In this document: positions 55,443-64,000 of the stretch, one piece after another
Position numbering within the stretch: the stretch's first letter is position 1
Layout: each line of letters begins with the position of its first letter
Sequence record: GQ981382
Length of the DNA stretch: 64,000 nucleotides
Reading direction: 5' to 3' (one strand)
Origin: Shigella phage SP18
Translations under genes and position numbers: made by a program
Notes under the pieces: model-generated
The model's database searches: none
The model's input: only the letters and a program-made list of their open reading frames with translations
What the model was told of the DNA's origin: nothing

Positions 55443-55901
55443 TTAGATATAAATCACTTTTGTGCTAATTTTTCCTTCCAGACGATTAGAGTTAACAAAC
55501 GCCATACGACAACACATGGTTGGAGACTTCCCAGGAATAGCTGGATTAACTGTCATTCCTAACCATAGGTTCTTGTCTGTGATTTCCAGACGAAGTGGAC
55601 GGTAGTTCACATTCGGGTCAATTTGTGCTTCAACTTCCGGGAGTGGTTTCATCTCCAGGAATTCAACGATTTCTTTTACATGTGGTGTGATTTTTCCAAA
55701 CAAGTCAAAAACATATTGTTCATCAATTTCACGTTGGATTGCACGGTCCAATAGGTGTGGACTGTACTTAATGAAGAATACTTCAAGGCCTGCTTCTTTA
55801 CAAGCCTTGTTGATAGCATTATTAATTTTGAGGAACTCCGTTTCAAAAATGCGACGAAGTTTATTGCGGCGAATGTAAACACTTGAATCGATAGTAGTCA
55901 T
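55443..55901 (-). CDS. regB: RegB sequence-specific endoribonuclease
   Basis: about 152 aa from MTTIDSSVYIRRNKLRR; HLLDRAIQREIDE and YRPLRLEITDKNLWLG match T4 RegB. Confidence 0.85.
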   Translation of the reverse strand: MTTIDSSVYIRRNKLRRIFETEFLKINNAINKACKEAGLEVFFIKYSPHLLDRAIQREIDEQYVFDLFGKITPHVKEIVEFLEMKPLPEVEAQIDPNVNYRPLRLEITDKNLWLGMTVNPAIPGKSPTMCCRMAFVNSNRLEGKISTKVIYI

Positions 55902-55928
55902 GATTATCTCCTTTTGTTTGATGGGATA

Positions 55929-56537
<609 letters not shown>

Positions 56538-56541
<4 letters not shown>

Positions 56542-56771
56542 TTCACTTCCTCGCCAGTTGCGATATCATATTCTACCAAACGAAGGCCTTCAGTCCAACC
56601 TTGCACGGAGATATAGGTAGACGGGTAAATCATTTCTTTACCATTCCACCGACCGCCATCCCAGACTTCCAGAAAGTCTTGTTCACCTGGTCCATTAAAC
56701 CATTCAACAAATCTTTTCAGAGCTTCATCAGAGCCTTCAATTGTCAATTTAGACATATTTTTTCCAGTCAC
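56538..56771 (-). CDS. hypothetical protein
   Basis: 77 aa ORF. Confidence 0.45.
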
Positions 56772-57045
56772 TAATTAATCGCACATCCTGGTCATAGGTC
56801 AGGAGGCTACGAGTGATAATACCCTTACACGGTCCAGAAATAAATTCCAGAGTAAAGTAAGGAACCTGTTTCATTAATCGGATACTTGGAGCATGACATC
56901 TAAAACGAGAGCCCTTAAAGGGCCCTGACATGAATACATATTCTAATGGATAGAAATAAGCATATTCAAAATTTGTAGTAAGGTCCTCTCTTCGGACCTT
57001 ACGTGAGAAATAACAGAACTCAAAAAGTTCTTCATCAGTCATCAT
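56749..57045 (-). CDS. hypothetical protein
   Basis: 98 aa ORF. Confidence 0.45.
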   Translation of the reverse strand: MMTDEELFEFCYFSRKVRREDLTTNFEYAYFYPLEYVFMSGPFKGSRFRCHAPSIRLMKQVPYFTLEFISGPCKGIITRSLLTYDQDVRLISDWKKYV

Positions 57046-57569
57046 TGCATTCCTATCACAAAGAACAGTGGCAGAGGTTTAGAACCTTGGCACATAAATT
57101 TATTCATCATTGTCTGATAAGCTTCATAGAACTTATCCATCGCTGGTAGGCGAATAGGCTCTTCAATAATAATCAATAATCGGGTAACAGACAGTCCACG
57201 ATATTTGTGAAAATGATCTTCATCTAAAAATGAACGAACAGTATCATATACAACAAAACCAGGTCGTTCAACATTAAGATGTGGCTGTGCTTTAGAAACC
57301 CGCTTTATTATATCACAGATTTCTCGTGAGCGATGCGAAGAACTCGACATAACAATCACATCATTACCTTTGGAAACCCAATCCGCAGCAAACTGTGCAA
57401 TGGCACTTGTTTTACCTGTTTGTCGCCCACCGTCAAGTCTCAGAGTGCCAAACTCTTGCATTCTTGAAGCGGGTTCATACCAGGTGTATTGGTCTGAATC
57501 TAAACGTTCAATGGCGCGTTCAGCGAAGGCGTGCATTAAGGTTAGATAAATGGGAGTTAAAAATTTCAT
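57042..57569 (-). CDS. P-loop NTPase of unknown function
   Basis: 175 aa; Walker A GGRQTGKTS and Walker B-like LLIIIEEP. Confidence 0.55.
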   Translation of the reverse strand: MKFLTPIYLTLMHAFAERAIERLDSDQYTWYEPASRMQEFGTLRLDGGRQTGKTSAIAQFAADWVSKGNDVIVMSSSSHRSREICDIIKRVSKAQPHLNVERPGFVVYDTVRSFLDEDHFHKYRGLSVTRLLIIIEEPIRLPAMDKFYEAYQTMMNKFMCQGSKPLPLFFVIGMQ

Positions 57570-57730
57570 AATTGTCTCTTAGTTGGTGGGGCCGTTCCTT
57601 GGCACATAATTCATCCATGTATCCGTATGTAAACCCTTTACCGCACTTGGGCTCGACCTTATTACAGGTAGGGAAAGGTCCATCACTCAGAGGACGCGAC
57701 GTTCATGAGGAGAGGGCCGGCTTGCCTTTA

Positions 57731-58030
57731 TTAGAAAGAACCAGAGCCTTTAATTGTGTTCTGGCGACCTTTATTTTCTAATTCAGAATGGTCAATTTCA
57801 TATGCTTGTGCTACACCAAAAGCCTTTTTAACTTTAGCTAAAGAACCTTTAGATGTAACAATATTAAAAGTATTACCTTTGGTAAAATCAACCAAATCCA
57901 CTTGTACACCTTGTTTACCGAGGCTTGCGACAATAGCATCAACATATTGTTGGTCTAAATTGCCCTGGACTCCAATTTGGAATGCTTTAGGAGCTTTAGC
58001 TTCTGTGATAAATTCTTGATAAGTTTTCAT
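57731..58030 (-). CDS. internal protein (IP) with capsid-targeting sequence, cargo of unknown function
   Basis: 99 aa; N-terminus MKTYQEFITEA matches the T4 IP capsid-targeting/cleavage motif; own early promoter. Confidence 0.7.
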   Translation of the reverse strand: MKTYQEFITEAKAPKAFQIGVQGNLDQQYVDAIVASLGKQGVQVDLVDFTKGNTFNIVTSKGSLAKVKKAFGVAQAYEIDHSELENKGRQNTIKGSGSF

Positions 58031-58055
58031 TTATTCTCTCCAAGTTGATGGGATA

Positions 58056-58084
58056 ATTATGCACTATCCCATCAAAAAGTAAAC
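58056..58084 (-). promoter_or_regulatory. early promoter (GTTTAC -35, CATAAT -10) for the first IP gene
   Basis: GTTTACtttttgatgggatagtgCATAATtatcccatcaacttggagagaataa-ATG. Confidence 0.55.
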
Positions 58085-58086
58085 AG

Positions 58087-58350
58087 TTATGCTTTACCGC
58101 CAGAAACAATACCAAAGGTCTCAAAGTCCCATTCAATATCGTCAACATCAACTTTCTTACCAGCAACCACGAATGCGATTTCGCGACGTTTTGCATAGGT
58201 GACAATTTCTTTACCGTCACCACCAAAGAAAGAATAACCATTGCGCTTCATGGTGCCAAAGTCTTCAGCATCACCAGCAAACGCGCGGACTTTAAAGGAA
58301 CCGGCAGGAGCTTTAGTAGATTCAGTAATAAATTCTTGATAAGTTTTCAT
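58087..58350 (-). CDS. internal protein (IP) with capsid-targeting sequence, cargo of unknown function
   Basis: 87 aa; N-terminus MKTYQEFITES; 13 nt downstream of the preceding IP gene. Confidence 0.7.
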   Translation of the reverse strand: MKTYQEFITESTKAPAGSFKVRAFAGDAEDFGTMKRNGYSFFGGDGKEIVTYAKRREIAFVVAGKKVDVDDIEWDFETFGIVSGGKA

Positions 58351-58363
58351 AATGTCTCTTTAA

Positions 58364-58678
58364 TTACTCTTTAGGGAAATCGCGCAAAAACGCATCATAA
58401 AGTTTATTACCAATGCGACGGAATGCTTTTGCCGCATGAACGTTATCCGGATTTGCAATTTTAATTTGCATTACATGACTACCGGCCCATGATTTGGCTT
58501 CATCATAATAGCCTTTAATTTCTTTAATAGTCTTACGTTTTCCGCCAGGACCATCAACAGTAATTTTCCACGAACCGGTGCTTGTTTCACTTGGTGGGGT
58601 TAATTGTTCAATCCAGACATAACCGCCTTCAACACGTTTTTGGGTAGATTCAGTAATAAATTCTTGATAAGTTTTCAT
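58364..58678 (-). CDS. internal protein (IP) with capsid-targeting sequence, cargo of unknown function
   Basis: about 104 aa from MKTYQEFITEST; track ORF extends through promoter leader. Confidence 0.7.
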   Translation of the reverse strand: MKTYQEFITESTQKRVEGGYVWIEQLTPPSETSTGSWKITVDGPGGKRKTIKEIKGYYDEAKSWAGSHVMQIKIANPDNVHAAKAFRRIGNKLYDAFLRDFPKE

Positions 58679-58708
58679 TTTATATTCCATTGTTTGGTTG
58701 ATAAAATC

Positions 58709-58738
58709 ATTATACAACCTTTTTAGTTAAGCGTACAC
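58709..58738 (-). promoter_or_regulatory. early promoter for the IP operon; -35 GTGTAC lies inside the denV C-terminal codons
   Basis: GTGTACgcttaactaaaaaggttgTATAATgattttatcaacc. Confidence 0.5.
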
Positions 58739-59143
58739 AGCTTTCCCATAGTATTTGTACCAGGTAGGCTTTTGAGAAATTTTCTCATTCAGTCTGGCTT
58801 GACTGATTTTAATTGACCAGATTGATGGTTGATAATCATTCTTCCATTCATCAGGAATATCATTTAAATCTTGGGTAGAAATATCTTTTATGTTAAACCC
58901 TCGCTTTAAACATTCCGCAATAAGTTCTTGATGACGGTTTTTAAGGAACAAAAGTTTATCATAAAAGAAGGTGACATGACCAGTCCCTAGAAGAAAAGAT
59001 GATGGGATTTTAAAGTCAGAAACCTTTTTACCATTTTGTACATGCTTACGAACAGCACCAAAAACGCGAGGAAGCTCACGATATTCAGCCATAAGATGTT
59101 GGTCAGCAAGTTCAGATACCAGAGTTAAATTAATGCGAGTCAT
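58727..59143 (-). CDS. denV: endonuclease V (pyrimidine-dimer DNA glycosylase)
   Basis: 138 aa; [35 protein letters not shown] near-identical to T4 DenV N-terminus. Confidence 0.95.
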   Translation of the reverse strand: MTRINLTLVSELADQHLMAEYRELPRVFGAVRKHVQNGKKVSDFKIPSSFLLGTGHVTFFYDKLLFLKNRHQELIAECLKRGFNIKDISTQDLNDIPDEWKNDYQPSIWSIKISQARLNEKISQKPTWYKYYGKAVYA

Positions 59144-59169
59144 GTTTGTTCTCCGTAGTTGATAGGGTC

Positions 59170-59199
59170 ATTATAACCCTACCATTTGGAGATGTACAC
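59170..59199 (-). promoter_or_regulatory. early promoter (GTGTAC -35, TATAAT -10) upstream of denV
   Basis: GTGTACatctccaaatggtagggtTATAATgaccctatcaactacggaga. Confidence 0.55.
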
Positions 59200-59687
59200 T
59201 AATATGCGTCAAAAGTTCCAGTACGGAAAGTTTCGATAACTCGTTTGGCTCGGTTCGGAGTCTGGACTTTATACCATCTCGAGTCGGCCAGTTCCTTAGC
59301 GGCGGCTTCCCATGATTTAGCCTTCAGCAATCGCATACCCTTAGGAAAACCAGCAACACCAGCAACACCCATCTGGAATACCATATTAATGAGCGCACAC
59401 CGACGGACTTCATCCAGTACATCATAAACAGGTTTTAAGACAGGATGCCTCAAGATTCCAGCTTTAGCCTTTTCGACCGAACGGTTAAACAGTGTTTCAG
59501 CTTCGTGCTGGGTTATACGGCCATTACAGACACGACCCATGAGCTTGTCGAGCTCGGCACGAGCAACATCTTTTGATGGGTTCTTAGTTATCAGTTGCCC
59601 GATACCAATGGTCCAAAAGCCTTCGGTATCTTTATACAAATCCAACTTACAACCTTCATCTATGCGTAACATTTCGAATATATTCAT
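59199..59687 (-). CDS. e: lysozyme (endolysin) e
   Basis: 162 aa; [12 protein letters not shown] and catalytic region [13 protein letters not shown] as in T4 lysozyme. Confidence 0.95.
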   Translation of the reverse strand: MNIFEMLRIDEGCKLDLYKDTEGFWTIGIGQLITKNPSKDVARAELDKLMGRVCNGRITQHEAETLFNRSVEKAKAGILRHPVLKPVYDVLDEVRRCALINMVFQMGVAGVAGFPKGMRLLKAKSWEAAAKELADSRWYKVQTPNRAKRVIETFRTGTFDAY

Positions 59688-59713
59688 AATACCCCCTTAT
59701 ATAGGGGTATTTA

Positions 59714-60172
59714 TTATCCGAAAATTTGAGTCAGTACCTTATACATCGATTTGCCCATCACGTACTGCCATTGGCTCGGTTTAATCAGAGCAAACGCATC
59801 AAACTCTGGGACCGAACTGCCATCCGGGAAGGTATGATAGGCAGAGCATTTACTATGTCTGAACTGCTCATGCTCGACCGGAACCGTGTACAAAAACAGG
59901 TGAAGGTTTTTATTATCTGAATAACGGAACTCACCGAGGTCTTTTAAGAATGCTGGGTCATATTGGGTAAACCCGGTTTCTTCTTCGGTTTCACGGATAG
60001 CAGCTTCAATCGGGGATTCATCAGCTTCAACATGACCCTTAGGGATGTCCCATTTGTGCGCAGGCATACCTGGTTTACGAGAACCGGTCACACGACCCAT
60101 GAATAACTCTTTATCTTCAGTCATGAAAATAATGCCAGCAGATAATTCTTTCACCTTGTTTTTCTTACTCAT
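59714..60172 (-). CDS. nudE: Nudix hydrolase NudE
   Basis: 152 aa; Nudix box GHVEADESPIEAAIRETEEETG; position after e. Confidence 0.85.
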   Translation of the reverse strand: MSKKNKVKELSAGIIFMTEDKELFMGRVTGSRKPGMPAHKWDIPKGHVEADESPIEAAIRETEEETGFTQYDPAFLKDLGEFRYSDNKNLHLFLYTVPVEHEQFRHSKCSAYHTFPDGSSVPEFDAFALIKPSQWQYVMGKSMYKVLTQIFG

Positions 60173-60401
60173 CGTCTCGTTTCCATGATTGGTTAAAAAT
60201 ATCGCTCATTAAAAATTCAAGTCTATTTTCCAATGAAGGGCTTTCACTATCAGAAACTTGAATCATATAATCAGAAATAGGTCGGAACATATCCAAGTCG
60301 CTTTCTAAATCTTCTTTGATTTTCTCTTCTGATGTTCCGGTGTCATAGGAATACAGATAAGAATCACACGACTCAGATTTAATATAAATTGCAATACTCA
60401 T
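60165..60401 (-). CDS. small acidic hypothetical protein
   Basis: 78 aa ORF. Confidence 0.45.
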   Translation of the reverse strand: MSIAIYIKSESCDSYLYSYDTGTSEEKIKEDLESDLDMFRPISDYMIQVSDSESPSLENRLEFLMSDIFNQSWKRDDE

Positions 60402-60982
60402 TTACGGCATTCCTCAATAAAAGAATTTAATGTATTTTTCTTAGCGATATCGTCGTATACCTTTTTAACTTTAGAAATACGAAAAGGTACTTCAATAGTC
60501 ATAGTCCATAAAAATGATGCAATAAGTCCAACAGCAGCAGAAGAAATGCACGCGCCCATTACAGCCACAGGCGCTTCATTTTTACCTGTCAGGAAAAACC
60601 ACAGGATTGGTAAAAATAAGATTCCAGACCAAGCATAAAACCTGGAACAAATTAACTTATCAAATTCATCTTTCCAGGTACGAAATCCATATTTCTTGCT
60701 ATAAGAAATTAATGGGTCGGGCGTCTGTTCTTTGAGTGGTTCTGGTTGATACCCATTAATGATGTATCCCATTTTATATTCCTTAATTAAAAGCTCTTTC
60801 ACATGACGATTGCATCGCGACCAATCAACATTTTCCACCTTGATTCCTTCATCACCATCATCAAGGTTCGCCCAATATTTTTTGGTAATCATAAATTCAT
60901 CTCTTGATACAATTATACCTGCATTTTCTGCCCGACGGATGAAGTTTACATCAACACCCATACAACCAGGTTCATACAGCAT
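60398..60982 (-). CDS. membrane protein (soluble N-domain plus two TM helices)
   Basis: 194 aa ORF. Confidence 0.55.
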   Translation of the reverse strand: MLYEPGCMGVDVNFIRRAENAGIIVSRDEFMITKKYWANLDDGDEGIKVENVDWSRCNRHVKELLIKEYKMGYIINGYQPEPLKEQTPDPLISYSKKYGFRTWKDEFDKLICSRFYAWSGILFLPILWFFLTGKNEAPVAVMGACISSAAVGLIASFLWTMTIEVPFRISKVKKVYDDIAKKNTLNSFIEECRK

Positions 60983-61668
60983 TACCAGCCCTCCATAGGA
61001 AATTCCAGATATACTTGAGCATTAACGCGGATTTCATTGGTGATTTTATTAACGCGGTCAGTTTTACGAGATACACGACCAAACCAGCGCCAACCATTAC
61101 CAACTGTTTTTGTTCCAGTATGCCAGGTCTGCCAGTTGAATTCACACAACGTGCGGTCAGGAGCTTCTTGAACTAAAAGTTCACCCGCCTTGATTTTTTC
61201 CAGAACTTCCTGGTGCCACTGGCGATAGATAAGTTCGCCATCAGGAATCTGACTGAATTCTGAAGTTCCCAGAGCAAAATGAGTAGGGCAAACAGAAGCG
61301 TTAACCAGACCCAGGATGTGTTCAGAATGGTAACGAGGGTTATCATAATCAGGTTGTCCTGCTGTAATAAAATGTTGTCCTGCTGGAATATCTGGACGTG
61401 GTACATCATCATGGTGATACCCAGGGATAGCAGGATACCAACCAGGCATCAACATATGGACGCGAGAGTCAAATACAACATCACGATTGGTCCAGTCCAG
61501 TGGTAATGCAGCAATAAAGCTACGGGTAATTAAACCGCCTTTATCCCAGGCAAAACTTAAATCACAATTAAAGAACATCGGTTCATTTTTGATTTCGTCA
61601 TTACTGACATATTGAGCAAATTGACCAACTTCACGCATTTGACTATTAAAAGTTTTTGAGCTATTCAT
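60982..61668 (-). CDS. hypothetical protein, His/Asp-rich (possible metal-dependent enzyme)
   Basis: track ORF 274 aa overlaps upstream gene; ATG at MNSSKTFNSQ gives about 228 aa; HHDD...H cluster. Confidence 0.45.
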   Translation of the reverse strand: MNSSKTFNSQMREVGQFAQYVSNDEIKNEPMFFNCDLSFAWDKGGLITRSFIAALPLDWTNRDVVFDSRVHMLMPGWYPAIPGYHHDDVPRPDIPAGQHFITAGQPDYDNPRYHSEHILGLVNASVCPTHFALGTSEFSQIPDGELIYRQWHQEVLEKIKAGELLVQEAPDRTLCEFNWQTWHTGTKTVGNGWRWFGRVSRKTDRVNKITNEIRVNAQVYLEFPMEGW

Positions 61669-61678
61669 GATATTTTCC

Positions 61679-61903
61679 TCAGTATTCTTCATCATATTCA
61701 AAGTCTTCATCAAACTCGGGTTCCAGAGAAATTTCTTCTTCTGGGTGGAATTCACAAGGGAAATATTCCACTTCACCACAATCGGCGTCATAGGACTGGA
61801 AATCAATTTGGATTACGGTTTCGGATACAACAATAACTTCAGCAACCAAGTCACCTGCAATTTCCATTCCAACTTTAACATCTTTAGCTTTGATAGTATT
61901 CAT
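61679..61903 (-). CDS. small acidic hypothetical protein
   Basis: about 74 aa from MNTIKAKD following GGAGAATAAA leader. Confidence 0.5.
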   Translation of the reverse strand: MNTIKAKDVKVGMEIAGDLVAEVIVVSETVIQIDFQSYDADCGEVEYFPCEFHPEEEISLEPEFDEDFEYDEEY

Positions 61904-61937
61904 TTTATTCTCCAATTTGGTAACTCAGTATGGAATC

Positions 61938-61967
61938 ATTATGCACTGACTCCATACTGATGTACAC
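61938..61967 (-). promoter_or_regulatory. early promoter (GTGTAC -35, CATAAT -10) with ATACTGAGTTACC leader
   Basis: recurrent cassette. Confidence 0.55.
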
Positions 61968-61969
61968 AC

Positions 61970-62929
61970 TTATTTTGTGAAAGGACGAATTAAATGTTGG
62001 TTAGCCTTAAAGCGTTTAACATAGTCTTCGCGCCCCAGGGTGTTGTACATATTAACCACTTCCTGGTAATGTTCCCAGGCATACTCACGGAACCATCCAG
62101 ACGTAATGGAGGTGCAGACTTTTTCCAGCGCAATATGGAAGCTCACAGATGGAGAGATATTGAACTCATTAGGAACCTGCGAACGCTCCAGAGCGAGCAC
62201 ACATGCTTCTTCATAAACCCCTGCCAGTTTAATAACATCAGGGAGCGCTTCAAATTTTTCACGCGAGGTCATGACTTCTGAATCATCCTTCATATAGAAC
62301 TTATATGCAGGCTTATCAGCAAGCGCCACGGCCTCGTGGATGGAGTCATGGTCAAGGGTATAGATTGTATCATTAAAGAAAGTTTTCTTGCCCACGTCTA
62401 GTTTAGGGTGACTGTATGACAGTGTTTCTGTCTGACGATGCAGCATGATTTTCTGCAGTTCATCATTAAGAACAATACCCTTATTGCGAAGGTAATTAAT
62501 ATGACTCATGGTCTTCAGGAAGAATGGATTGTTCTTCAGGTAACGATGAGACAATTTGATTGCCAAACAAATATCAGGGGTCGCCCAGTAAAAACCAGAT
62601 AGACGGTCTCTCTGAATATTTGCCTTCGCATATTTGAGCAGACGATAACTGGAGGTAAAATCTTCGTCTTGAAGCTCATCAGTCAACTCACGAACACTTG
62701 TCAGTGCGCGGACGATGTACGCTTCAAAATAGGTTTCTTTACCATTGTGCATACATTTAAAAGCTTGAACATCTGGGTTATCCACATGCACGTGCTGCCC
62801 CATCATCTGGGTTTTAAAACTGTTCCAAGAACCCTGGTCAGCGATAAAGTCCCAATCAGAGTTTTCAATTTTCTGACTTTCAATCAGACCAGCGTTATGT
62901 AATGCACGAGAACCAATAACTAACATCAT
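61970..62929 (-). CDS. hypothetical protein (319 aa)
   Basis: long ORF; no confidently recognised motif. Confidence 0.55.
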   Translation of the reverse strand: MMLVIGSRALHNAGLIESQKIENSDWDFIADQGSWNSFKTQMMGQHVHVDNPDVQAFKCMHNGKETYFEAYIVRALTSVRELTDELQDEDFTSSYRLLKYAKANIQRDRLSGFYWATPDICLAIKLSHRYLKNNPFFLKTMSHINYLRNKGIVLNDELQKIMLHRQTETLSYSHPKLDVGKKTFFNDTIYTLDHDSIHEAVALADKPAYKFYMKDDSEVMTSREKFEALPDVIKLAGVYEEACVLALERSQVPNEFNISPSVSFHIALEKVCTSITSGWFREYAWEHYQEVVNMYNTLGREDYVKRFKANQHLIRPFTK

Positions 62930-62942
62930 AATATTTTCCTCA

Positions 62943-63110
62943 TTAGTAAAGACGAGTTACTTCATATTTTCCAAGTGCCGATTTTTTCGCTTCAATTCGT
63001 GAGGCAGCAAGATTGGCGGCCTCTAGTGAAGAAAATTGAACCACTTGAGAAGTATTCTGTCTTACTCCGCCTTGCGGGTGAGTGACAAAAACAATAAGAA
63101 CATTATACAT
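62943..63110 (-). CDS. small hypothetical protein (~55 aa, below cutoff)
   Basis: ATG after GAGGA SD; stop abuts next gene SD; hand-derived. Confidence 0.4.
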   Translation of the reverse strand: MYNVLIVFVTHPQGGVRQNTSQVVQFSSLEAANLAASRIEAKKSALGKYEVTRLY

Positions 63111-63120
63111 AATATTTTCC

Positions 63121-63321
63121 TCAAATAATACCGTATGCGTAAATATCTTTTTTAATGCAGGAAACTACTTCTTCCAGAGAATCACAAACACGTTCTGTGA
63201 CGCCTGCGTAATCACCACTGATGGTTACTTTAATGCCATCAGAAACTTCCTGGAGATTAACCTCCAGTTGGTTGACTTTGGCTTCGTTCAGAACTTTGAT
63301 TAATTCGTTTGCGATAGACAT
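63121..63321 (-). CDS. small acidic hypothetical protein
   Basis: 66 aa ORF. Confidence 0.45.
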   Translation of the reverse strand: MSIANELIKVLNEAKVNQLEVNLQEVSDGIKVTISGDYAGVTERVCDSLEEVVSCIKKDIYAYGII

Positions 63322-63385
63322 TTTTATTCTCCTGTTCTGATAACGTGATTGTCATCAGTTGATAGGAGTATAGTAACACAGTTTT

Positions 63386-63730
63386 TTAGACTTGTATACT
63401 GCTTCTACAATATTCTAAAAATAATTTATCGTTGTCTACCTTATCCCAACGACGACAAGATGGATTCCAGACCAGAGCGTTGTCACCACAACCATTGAGT
63501 TTAAAATGGTCGTAGTACATAACTATATGCCTGGTTTCGTCACTGGAGAACCCCGGTATAGGTTCTCCGTGGGTGTGATACCTATGATGATGCATTGAGA
63601 GGTCGCATTTGTAAAACATCTCACGTTTACCGCGAACGAACAAGAAAGCTTGCCCATTCATATAGAATTCTTTATCTGTTTTCAAAAGATATTTGAATAC
63701 CGAATCTTTATGCATAATTCCTCCTACCAC
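63386..63730 (-). CDS. hypothetical His/Cys-rich protein
   Basis: 114 aa; HHHRYHTH and Cys cluster; start uncertain. Confidence 0.45.
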   Translation of the reverse strand: MVGGIMHKDSVFKYLLKTDKEFYMNGQAFLFVRGKREMFYKCDLSMHHHRYHTHGEPIPGFSSDETRHIVMYYDHFKLNGCGDNALVWNPSCRRWDKVDNDKLFLEYCRSSIQV

Positions 63731-63745
63731 ATCCTTGTGATTAAA

Positions 63746-63973
63746 TTATTTTCCTAACGAAATGCGAGTAGGTTTTTTACCGAAATATTCTTCATAGGAA
63801 CCATCTAAACGACCCGCTTTAGACCGACAATACGAATCATACTTTTTGTAATAAGTCAACTCGGTATTGTAACGTGGATGTCTATCAGCCATAATAATAC
63901 TTAACGGCCAACCTTTGGCGTAATCACGAAGACCATTTATTTTACGAATATATCTTTTCTTTAATTTTAACAT
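63746..63973 (-). CDS. small basic hypothetical protein
   Basis: 75 aa ORF. Confidence 0.4.
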   Translation of the reverse strand: MLKLKKRYIRKINGLRDYAKGWPLSIIMADRHPRYNTELTYYKKYDSYCRSKAGRLDGSYEEYFGKKPTRISLGK

Positions 63974-64000
63974 GAACTTGGGTACCAGATTTTACCATCG

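Noticed and set aside
60172-64000. tRNA gene cluster expected downstream of e/nudE in T4
   Set aside because: The region is densely protein-coding and I found no convincing cloverleaf or T-loop (GTTCGAATC-like) candidates by eye; the TTCGAAT matches at 14.7 and 14.95 kb are inside soc. A tRNA scanner would be needed to exclude small tRNAs.

Overview
This window is the early/middle-gene arm of a T4-like myovirus (Straboviridae/Tevenvirinae), starting at rIIA and running past lysozyme e and nudE. The Soc and gp43 sequences look RB69-like rather than T4-like (judged from memory, not a database search). Almost every gene is on the minus strand and tightly packed, often with overlapping stop/start codons. 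Recognisable genes in T4 order: rIIA, fused topoisomerase 39(+60), motB plus a paralog, dexA, dda, srd-like, modA/modB ADP-ribosyltransferases, soc (tandemly duplicated), 56, 61, dmd, sp, 41, 40, uvsX, 43, regA, 62, 44, 45, 46, 47, 55, nrdH/G/D, 49, nrdC, tk, regB, three internal-protein (IP) genes, denV, e and nudE. Between them lie many small ORFs of unknown function, separated by repeated early promoter-leader cassettes (GTGTAC/GTTTAC -35, TATAAT-like -10, conserved leader ending in GAGGA) and CUUCGG-type hairpin terminators. Compared with T4, several genes are missing at their usual loci: bgt and 42 (between uvsX and 43), agt (between 47 and 55), dam (between 61 and 56), the nrdD intron, the gene 60 split, and seg/mob homing endonucleases. 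Most worth a second look: the hypervariable IP locus of three genes sharing an MKTYQEFITE capsid-targeting N-terminus; a macro-domain protein alongside ModA/ModB and NudE; a predicted nucleotidyltransferase; the near-identical tandem soc duplication; and paralog pairs (MotB, a shared C-terminal tail, SSYSSY proteins). Caveats: the ORF track marks GTG/TTG starts as M and often extends ORFs through the promoter leader, so many start coordinates are approximate; sub-60-aa ORF coordinates were hand-derived and may be off by a few bases; no tool searches were run.
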